Assembly: GCA_964016885.1 (NCBI GenBank) | Contig: OZ024743.1 | Span: 38,254,001 to 38,318,000 of the forward strand | DNA from: Eledone cirrhosa | Taxonomy: Eukaryota | DNA length: 64,000 nucleotides | Reading direction: 5' to 3' | Part shown: one piece after another, positions 54,307 through 64,000 of the stretch | How positions within the stretch are numbered: the first letter of the stretch is position 1 | Layout of the letters: every line of letters starts with the position of its first letter | Notes under the pieces: model-generated | Told to the model about the DNA's origin: nothing | Database searches by the model: none | Seen by the model: the letters and a program-made list of their open reading frames with translations, nothing else | Program-made: the position numbers and the translations under genes

Positions 54307-55196
54307 CGAGGTGGGTCAGAAAAGTTCCAGGTCTGATCTCACAAAAGATTTATTTTAAACTCAAATTTCACACTAAGAGTTTTTTTCCTTCATAGTAACC
54401 CCCCTGGAGTCTAATACACTTTTCCATTCTTTTCTGCCACGCTTGCATGCCCTCCTGGAAGGATTCTTCCGGGATACTCCGCAGTTCCGTCGTCATGGGC
54501 TTTTTGATGTCGTCCACCTCTTCAAAACGGGTCCCCTCCGGTTCGTACTCGTGGATCCATGACTGATCACCGCTGATGACTGTCCCTAGAAAGTCTGGTT
54601 GGGTTTCAACACGCTCGACGATGTCCTGGCACACTTGCATCCGTCGACCCTTCTGGTCATCGTTCAGCAGTTTTGGCACTATCTTCGCTCAGACTTTTCG
54701 CATGTCCAAATCTTCAGTGAGAATCTTCCAGACGCTGTCCCGATTCATGCTCAGCTCATTTGCCATCAGTCTAACAATTAGCCTACGATCGCTACGCACC
54801 TGACGTGCTCAACGTTGACCTCAGTCCTGGTTGTTGAGAGCCTTCCGCTCCTAGGGTCATCTTCTACATCTCCGCGTCCTTCTTTAAACCTCTTGGACCA
54901 CTCACAAACACGTGAGCATGGCATCGTCTCATCTCCATACACTTGCTGCAGCAATCCCAGTGCTTCTGATGGAGTTTTCAAGATTGTTCGTTGTTCTGTG
55001 CAGATTGCTTAACGCCCTGAAACAGAGGACATGTATATAAAATTATGAACAAAAAAGTTTGATCGCTGCAGAGGGCTAAGATTAGAGTTACATACTCCAG
55101 GGGGATTACCTTGAAGGAGAAAACTCTTAGTGTGAAGTTTGGGTTTGAAATAAATATTTTGTGACATCAGTCTTAGAACTTTTCTGACCCACCTTA
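54307..55196 (-). mobile_element. internally deleted mariner transposon with TA target duplication and ~104-bp inverted ends
   Basis: Transposase pieces LLQQVYGDETM..RVCEWSKRFKEGR.DVEDDPRSGR, PKLL..QK.RR, VISGDQSWIHEYEPE, G.RF, WQKRMEKCI..QGGYYE. TIR CGAGGTGGGTCAGAAAAGTTC. Confidence 0.92.
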
Positions 55197-55294
55197 TATA
55201 TATATATATAATATAGAAATGGCTTTTAAAGGACTCTGCTATGTATTGCGTACCTCACTTATTGTGGTTACCCCCGATTGAACTCGGGATAGAC

Positions 55295-55520
<226 letters not shown>

Positions 55521-55750
55521 GAAACATTCTCCCAACTTGTAGAAAACTTATAATGAAACAATTGTTTGGAAAGAGATATACTTTAACTTTAATTATATCT
55601 CATAAAATAATACAACTGGTTTTTCCACATTATACATATTGTTAGCACCCAAAACACTAAAATTGGGTTTATATTTAAATATAACCTAATGTTTGTTGAG
55701 TGAGATGGTTACCAGTCAGAGTTTAGTTTTAAACTATCTCTGTTATTGTA

Positions 55751-55792
<42 letters not shown>

Positions 55793-56806
55793 ATATGTGT
55801 AGAAGTAAACACAGTAAATCTTGTGTCTAAAATTACGAGGGTAGGTTACACCACAAATGTTATATATAATTTAACCTTAATCATATGGGATTTTACAAGA
55901 TTTCCCACAAGATTTCTCACAAGATTTCTCATACATACCATATCAATAACAATTTCATCTCCCGCACAGACTAAAGATATAATCTGTTTCGCCCTGTATA
56001 AATCGTGTTTGAAACAAGAAATCAGTAGGCATTTCGTCACTAAAGTTTACACCTCGTGCGTTAAAAGTCATATCTGGTGCGAGTGGTTATGCTAGAAATG
56101 ATAGCCTATTTACACTCATTTTTATAAGTTCAACAGATAAAGAGCCGAAATAAAAATAAGATATAGAGTTATTAACTCATTTTAATTAACACATTAATAT
56201 TATAATGCTCAGTATTTATACTTTGAGCTTGTTAATTGCAGCGTATCTATATGAGTTAATAACTCTATATTTTATATATATATATATATATATACTTTTC
56301 ATTCTCTTTGTCTCTTTTTATATTTCATTTCACCTCTCATTCTCTTTCATTTTATCTATCCCTATCCATGCCTCGAACCCCCCCCCCCCCCCACACCCAT
56401 ACAGTCTTGTGCAATCCTATATTCATATCTCATCGAAAGCAACTTTATTTTTCTTTCCAATATAGTTAAAATTTATTCTTTCTATGGGTTGGATAAAATA
56501 TAGTAACAATGAGGTGATGGTGTTTATTTAATCCATTTTTCCCTTGCCCCTAATTTGCTAATTTGCCCAATTATGAGTAAATTATAAGTCAATACGGTTA
56601 GAAATACATCATATAGGAATTATGCTAAACGTTTTGATTATGGCGTAAAATATTAATAATGTTTGGGTACAATATTTCAAGTTAAGGATAGACTATATGA
56701 AAATGTTATTTTAGCTCAGTATTGCAAGACGCATATAATTGTAATGTACGTTCGCTTTTTGCGACATCCCATTAGCTTCATAAAAGCAACAAAATGTATT
56801 ATTTAT

Positions 56807-57610
56807 ACAATTAAGTTAAAAATGTACATCCACATATGTATACTGAAATACTAGTATGCATATGAATACACACACGTGTACATATGTAGATGTACCGAGT
56901 TTTTCACTGGTCACTTTACTGTGAGTGTCCAGCTATTCTGTATGTAAACACACAGACAAACCGGTTTTTAGAGTCATACTGGTTTTTGAGGAAACACCTT
57001 TCCTCTATTCTCCAGAAAGCCAGACAAGGAATATTGGACTAGTTTCGATGTTGTTACATCTCATCAGCAATATTTACCTATCTTCCGGCCTTTCTAGAGA
57101 ATCGTAAAAGCACATATCGTTATATGCTTTTTCTATGAAAATTAGTAGTGGGCAGACTAATTTGCATAGAGCGTGAGTACGTACCGGTTCAACGGAGACG
57201 ATAAAAACAAATAACGAAACGAAATTAAATTTCGTTTCGTTTGTAACTCACTTTTGTATGACTGACGCTTAAACAATTAAGTTAAAAAGATGTAACAACA
57301 TCGAAACTAGTCCAATATTCCTTGTCTGGCTTTCTAGAGAATAGAGGAAAGGTTTCCTCAAAAACCAGTATAACTCTAAAAACCGGTTTGTCTGTGTGTT
57401 TACATACAGAATAGCTGGACACTCACAGTAAAGTGACCAGTGAAAAACTCGGTACATCTACATATGTACACGTGTGTGTATTCATATGCATACTAGTATT
57501 TCAGTATACATATGTGGATGTACATTTTTAACTTAATTGTTTAAGCGTCAGTCATACAAAAGTGAGTTACAAACGAAACGAAATTTAATTTCGTTTCGTT
57601 ATTTGTTTTT
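56807..57610. mobile_element. nested inverted-repeat element with HHR
   Basis: 56807-57060 is the reverse complement of 57289-57541, and 57203-57288 is the reverse complement of 57525-57610. Confidence 0.85.
57030..57074 (-). ncRNA. textbook minimal type-I hammerhead ribozyme (45 nt)
   Basis: AATATTG-CTGATGA-GATGT-aaca-ACATC-GAAA-CTAG-TC-CAATATT: 7-bp stem I, paired stem II, ACTAGT palindrome, GUC site. Confidence 0.9.
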
Positions 57611-57742
57611 GTATTATTTATATTTTTTGTCTAAACGATAATCAATTCTGTCTTTCGAGCAACAATATTTTGCAAGCGTATGTTTATATTATTTTAAGTT
57701 ATTGTAATTAACTACATTCGGTGAATTGAAAATAGAGCTTAT

Positions 57743-57783
<41 letters not shown>

Positions 57784-57799
57784 CATTTATATATATATG

Positions 57800-57848
<49 letters not shown>

Positions 57849-57888
57849 GTATATATATATACATTCATATATATATACATACATATAT

Positions 57889-57976
<88 letters not shown>

Positions 57977-58069
57977 CATATATACATGTATATACATATA
58001 TATATATATACATATATATATACACATACTCTTACATATATTTATATATACATATATATATATATACAC

Positions 58070-60125
58070 ATACTCTTTTACTCTTTTACCTGTTCCAGCC
58101 ATCCGGCTGAGGCCATGGTGGAGCACCGCCTTTGTTGCTACACATTTTATCTCCAGCCTGTATTAGTTGGCCACTGGTGTAAGAGGGAGTTTGTTGCCGC
58201 TGCCCTTAGGTTTCCCTCGTGCTTTGCTGTGGGCTCATACGGGATCCTGGATAACAAGCTGTCTAGATGTCTCTTGAAGACATCCATCTCCACACCATGC
58301 AGATCTCTCAGATCCATCGGCAGCTTGTTGAAGAGTTGAGGGCCCTTGAATACAGCCTATTGTAATATCTGCTCCTTATTCTAGATGTCACAAAGTGACG
58401 TCCTGTTCGAAGGTTGGTCCAGCTGCCAATGCCAAAGTTTGGTGCTAGTCCCTCCAAGATTTTGCACATGTAGATCACTGCGTATCTCTATCGTCTTTGT
58501 TCCGAGGAGTAGAAGTTCAGTTCCTTTAGCCTCTCTCAGTAGCTTATCTCCTTGATAGTGGCAATCACCTTGGTGTAGCTTCGCTGGATTGCCTCAAGCT
58601 CCGCGGTTAGTTTGACACTATGGGGTGACCACAACTGGGAGCAATAGTCCAGGCGGCTTAGGACAAATGTCCTCCATAGTGTCAACATGGCGTCTCGGTC
58701 TTTTGTCCGGAAAGTCCTTAAGATCCAGCCAGTGAGTCGCCTGCGCACTGTCGCCACTTTCATGATGTGTGAGGAAAAAGATGCATCATCGCTCATGTCT
58801 ATACCCAGGTATCCTATCGATTTTGACACGGGGATATAGGTCCCTCCGGGTCCTGTGTAACTGTGTTGTACTATATTTGTGTGTGCAGCTTTGTATTGTA
58901 GGTCTTGGAATTTGCCAGCATTAAACTGCATGTTGTTTTCTTCCGCACATTTGTATATGGCATCCAGATCTTGTTGTAAAAGGGCAGCGTCAGCCCGATT
59001 TTTGATTGCCTGTGCTACCTTTGTGTCATCAGTGTCATCAGCATAGCTAGTGAGGGATGTGCTGTAAGTACTAGAGAGGGCATGTCTGAGAGAGCCACGA
59101 AAAACAGTAGTGGTCCCAGGACTGTCCCTTGGGGCACCCCACTTGTTATTGATGTTTCCTTTGAGAGGGCCCGATCTGCTGCGACTGTCTGGCTTCTGTC
59201 CTTTAAGAAGTTATGCAGCCACTCTCCTACTTTTCCAATTATGCCGAGTCCGTGTAATTTGTGACATACCATTCCGTGGTCGACCTTGTCAAAGGCCTTC
59301 GCAAAGTCAAGATATATCACGTCCACATGTGAGCTGTCTAGCAGTTGTTTCCGTACCCAGTCGTAGTGATGTAGCAGCTGTGTAAGGCAGCTTCTTCCTG
59401 GGCGGAAGCCATGCTGCGTGCTAGTCAGGCGGTCATATTCCTCGAGGATAGTGATCAGTTTCTTTCTGACGACTCGTTCGATCACCTTACTGATATGCGA
59501 CATCAGGGAGACTGGCCTTTAGTTTTTGGCCCCCGCTCTGCTACCTCTTTTATGGATAGGGCATATTGTGCCTTCTTTCAACTCCCTGGGTAGTATACCG
59601 CTAACCCAGGAGTTTCTGATGTGCGTCTTCAGTGGAGTTGCTAAGACCCGCTTACATGTTTTTAAGAGGACTGCTGGGAATCCATCAGGTCCAGCAGCTG
59701 AGTCTGTTTTAATTTCCTCTATGGCGTATACCACACCCTCCTCCGCTATGTCTATGTGGTTGATGGTAGCCATTTCTTTATGTAGTGTTGTGGCATCAAA
59801 TAACTCCTCTGGCTTTGTTATTTTCATGTGCCTCAGTGGACATGTGAAAACACTTTTGTACTGTTCGTTCAGTATTTCACATATCTCTTGGGGATTCTCG
59901 GTTAATGAACCGTCTGTATGGAAGAGTGGCCCAATCTTGCAGTGTACCGAGGCAGTTTCTTTTGCAAATTTAAAGAAGGCCTTAGGGTTTGTTTTAATAT
60001 TTTCTATGGCCCTGCTTTCTTTCTTTGCCCTCTCATTTTCATGAAAAAGTTTGAGTGCAATCTCGGTGTCAAGTAGTGCACGTTTCAAATAGGATTCCTT
60101 CTTATTTTTGTTTCCTTGTTGTTGT
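58070..60125 (-). mobile_element. 5'-truncated CR1-group LINE (RT region + 3' end)
   Basis: NPKAFFK, AAGPDG, QHGFRPGRSCLTQL, VIYLDFAKAFDKVDH, GVPQGTVLGPLLF, YADDT (with a short duplication), SRLDYCSQLWSP; short (TAAAAGAG)n-like tail at ~58070-58090. Confidence 0.9.
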
Positions 60126-60144
60126 ATACATATATATATATATA

Positions 60145-60565
60145 TTAGTAAGTATGTTTTGAAACAGTGAGCAGGTCTGAAATTAGAAAATAGAATTATT
60201 TTCACCGTATTTATTTGACTAAAGGAATTTTAGCCTGATAATGGGGTTTACAACCCTCAGATAAATGGAAAAAGATGAGTATTGACGTACATGGGAGTCG
60301 AACCCACATCTTTGGTTATCTAATTTCAAACTCACTGTTTCAAAACATACTTACTTGCCATTTAAATTCGCTAACAATATAGATTCTAATTTGAATGGAA
60401 AAAGATGGGTGATGTCTTGGTGTAATGGTAGCACACTGGTCGCGATAACCAAAGATGTGGGTTCGACTCCCATATACGTCAATACTCATCTTTTTCCATT
60501 TATCTGAGGGTTCTAAACCCCATTATCAGGCTAAAATTCCTTTAGTCAAAAAAATACGGTGAAAG
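60145..60565. mobile_element. family-D nested fold-back containing a tRNA-like segment
   Basis: 60201-60320 is the reverse complement of 60444-60563, and 60148-60171 is the reverse complement of 60330-60355. Confidence 0.75.
60411..60481 (+). pseudogene. tRNA-like sequence (pseudogene or SINE head)
   Basis: A box TGGTGTAATGG, B box GGTTCGACTCC, T-stem and anticodon stem TGGT/ACCA. The anticodon loop is non-canonical and the acceptor stem imperfect. Confidence 0.65.
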
Positions 60566-60706
60566 CTATAGTATATATATATATATGTATATATATATAT
60601 ACATGTATATATGAATATACATGTGTATATATATATATATATATTCAATATATATGTATATATATATTAATGTATATATATATATATGTATATATATATA
60701 TAAATG

Positions 60707-60763
<57 letters not shown>

Positions 60764-62901
60764 AAGCTCTATTTTCAATTCAAAGAATGGATATATATAT
60801 ATGTATATATAATTATATATATATATATAAGGAGAGAGAACATAGTTATATACATTAACTTAAATGATAACATATAATAATTTTACTTGCAATACAATGA
60901 ATACAATGAACACAATGTACGTAACAAATTGAATTTCATTCAATACGCTACGGGGAAGCAGTAATGTTTCTTAGTAATAATTGTCAGTGAAGTTCGTTAT
61001 TTAGCGTTGAAATAGTGGATTCAAATTTGCTCCAAAATCTTTTATAGTTTTATACAACGGCAACATATCTTGAATCTTCTGAAATAGATTTAATAAGATT
61101 TTGTGAGTATCATGACTCGTCATTATAGTGTGTCTTGTTTAACACTAATCCGTACAGAAATATCTAACATAGCATAATATGAAAGAAACACTAAATGCTC
61201 CTAAATATTCAAAGAGTAATTTGCGGGAAAGCAAGTGGCGATTTCTAATAAGTAAATCAACCATGAAAATGTATCTGCGTTTTTCTATCATACAATTTAT
61301 AAATTTCTCTCTCAGTTTAGCTTCCGTCTATTAGTGAGGTAAATGGTGTCCAATTGATTAGACCCAATATAGAAGATTATTTAATAGAGTATAGTCAACA
61401 TATACAACATCGGTTTTTTTCTACTCCTTGTTGATATATGTAAATATTATCGACTACAGAAAAGCCAATGGAGACATATTATAGTTGGTCTGATCAACTA
61501 CAATTCAACTTTTATCTCCATTACATTTGTTGAGATTTCTTCATTAATAAGTGTAGTAATAGTTGGGTTTCATTTATATAGGCATATTGGTCATTGCCCC
61601 TAGCAGTATACATAGATTGTTCTTTGTTTATCCCTGTGTTTATTCCTATGTTTATCGTTCGTCTTTCGACACATACATTCGATATACATTTCACAAAGTA
61701 GAATTCCTGCCATTTACAACGTACCTATTTGTGAAATCACCTGTACGAATGTGTTTGAAATATCAGAATACTTGAGTTAGTTTGTTAACGAAAACCTCAT
61801 ACGTTCTTCGAATGTCGTTTACAAAGTATTAATAATTTCAATTGTCATCCTGTTTTATAATCAAATTATTTATTAGTGTAACAATACAAACGAAGAGACA
61901 TATTGATCGACTTTCGTAATATCATTGTATTCCCCAAATGATTTGCTCTTTATGATTAATGTGACTGCTTAGTCTAGATGAACGTAAGAGAGCTGATTCT
62001 AAGCATTATCTTATAAGGGAGAGAGCAACTGAAATATGGCTTTATTTGAATAAATATGAATTGAGAATCACAACATTCGTGCTGTTGATTCGATTAAGGA
62101 GGGAATTCTCAACGTGTTGAATGGATAAAGTCAATCTGTACAATTACACAATGGGCTTCAACAACAGCTGTAATTGTTGCAGAACGCTTCCACATACTTT
62201 GACTTTCACAAAAGGATGTTTTGCAATGCTTTGCGAAATTTAAACATAGCTTCCAATATGTCATTTCCATGAATGCATGATGTAATAAGATATTGTTACT
62301 GGAAATTATGTCATTGTACTAAGAATTATACAGATGCAATTGTATGCCACTCGGTCATTGAAAGCATCGAGATTTCAGAATCTGATTTCAATGGCAGTTT
62401 TCATTATGACAATACATACATGCATATATAAATCATTGAGTAAAATTTGCCCGTTCTTCACAATATTGCGTGGGTAAGTGTAGTTCTCTCAACCAAAATA
62501 TCCCATAAGGCACTACATGACTGACAGACAGTATCAGAAAATATGAAACCATTCAATAGAGTGATGTGTTCCAGCTCTAAATCTTTCTTAACTTTCAAAT
62601 AATGTTAGCATTGGAAACCGGAAATATACTGTTGCAAATAATCTAACAAGAATTCACAATAAAATACGTAGACACATTGAAGGAACAGACAGAACCAAAA
62701 CACTATCGTGTGTTTCATGCAACGGAATATATATATATATATATATATATACAGTATTTTCCGTAGTGTTGTAATATAAATATTACACACAGTAGATGGA
62801 CAGCTCACGTAGAGTTTGCTCGATGGTTCCAGTTGTATTTCCAAAAGTAATCCGGAGAAAAATAGAAGGATTTTAATGGATACAGTTTAGTTAAAAGGAA
62901 T

Positions 62902-63022
62902 TTATTGACACGTGTTTCTATAACAGTTACATAACCTGAAAACAGCTGGTATCTACAAAGTATTAGTTATGCAGACATTCAATATTTCAATGTTATTATC
63001 AACTGTCATTTCATCGGAATAA
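62902..63022 (-). ncRNA. hammerhead with long stem II and mutated core (CCGATGA)
   Basis: TTATT-CCGATGA-aATGACAGTT...AACTGTTATa-GAAA-CACGTG-TC-AATAA. Confidence 0.65.
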
Positions 63023-63529
63023 TTTTACTGAGGACCTGTTTGGTTTTTATAGAGAATATTAGGAGGGAGGGGTGAAGTTGTTAGAAGAATAGTTGAGGGA
63101 GTGGTTTTTTGATAGCAGTGAGTAATTAGATTCCCATCTGTTGTTTTGACCAATATATTATTGGTTATTTTTCTAAATCTATAGAAGGATTAGAGATAGT
63201 ATAGATATGCGTGGTTGGTTTTGTGTTTGCACTTAATTAACATTCAGACTTAAATTTTTCTTTCAAGTGTACGTATCCTTTCGCCCAGCATTCACACACA
63301 AACATATATGCACACCTCTACAAAATACATATACTCACATACACATACTTACATGCTCATACTTACATACATATACACATGCATACATATATATATACAC
63401 ATATATACATGTGCATACATACGCGTTCATGTGTATACATTTTCATACTCAACTTATCTTTATATACACACGTATAGACACTCACATATATACACACATA
63501 CTCCAGTCTATGTGTATATATACATATCG

Positions 63530-64000
63530 TTCTTAATCGGGTGTAGTATTCCCTGGTTACGCGTTCCATATTACAGACACCATTATAGGATATGTTCTCA
63601 TCTATCCCCAGGTATCTGTAGTAGTCTCCATCAGATATCGTGAAACAGTTAGCCCTTTGATGACAATGTTGCTAGATTCTTTTGTTGTTTTTCTCCGCTT
63701 TACACTCATATATGAGCCCTTATCTTGGCTAAACTCCATCCCTATATCCTTTGAGAACGTTGTAACCAGGTCAAGATTTTTTTTCATCCCATCCAGGTTC
63801 TTGGTATAGAGTTTCAGATCATCCACACAGAAATTATGGGTTAGTTTCGTATTTCTGTCCTCCTGTGAGCCAATGATGTATCTTTCACATTTCTTGAGCA
63901 GAAGCGACAAGGCGCTTAATGACAGGATGAGTAATATCACATAGAGACTTGTGTTGTTCTTGTTATCACCAAGATAATGGTTCACTGTCGTTGCTAAGGC
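63530..64000 (-). mobile_element. R4/Dong-type non-LTR retrotransposon RT fragment
   Basis: LSLLL...YIIG...THNFCVDDLKLY...VTTFSKDIGMEF..DK and downstream YRYLG match the RT core of RLE-type LINEs. Confidence 0.75.

Noticed and set aside
55893-55931. Short direct repeats (ACAAGATTTC(C/T)C x3; also 18-bp repeats at 46620-46690) as a CRISPR-like array
   Set aside because: Contiguous minisatellites with no spacers, in a eukaryotic context.
59025-59047. Two CTGATGA heptamers on the minus strand
   Set aside because: These are the codons of the RT YADDT motif plus a short duplication, with no HHR stems.
60230-60265. Family-D CTGATAA-GGGTT/AACCC-GATAAA as a hammerhead
   Set aside because: Both core boxes deviate in all visible copies, so it was not counted.
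60411-60481. Functional tRNA gene
   Set aside because: Anticodon loop lacks U33, acceptor stem is mismatched, and it is embedded in a repeat; kept only as tRNA-like.

Overview
AT-rich, microsatellite-saturated eukaryotic DNA with no recognisable host gene. The SINE family and repeat style suggest an octopus or other coleoid cephalopod (inference). Almost all the long ORFs come from decayed retroelements or transposons: two L1/Tx1 LINEs, a CR1-group LINE, two R4/Dong-type fragments, an internally deleted mariner, six copies of one tRNA-derived SINE, and at least seven Penelope-like element (PLE) fragments (GIY-YIG and/or RT). The ORF track misses the main signal. About 20 type-I hammerhead ribozyme (HHR) motifs with intact cores (CTGANGA-stem II-GAAA-palindromic stem III-UH-stem I), plus several decayed ones, belong to more than a dozen unrelated sequence families. 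They sit in fold-back (inverted) or ~0.5-kb tandem units that are almost always bounded by (TA)n arrays. Several further inverted duplications are centred directly on (TA)n tracts. HHRs in PLE pseudo-LTRs are already known. What deserves follow-up is their density, the ORF-less hairpin forms, the family-specific stem III palindromes and the (TA)n-centred fold-backs. All structures were paired by eye, and coordinates of degenerate features are approximate.
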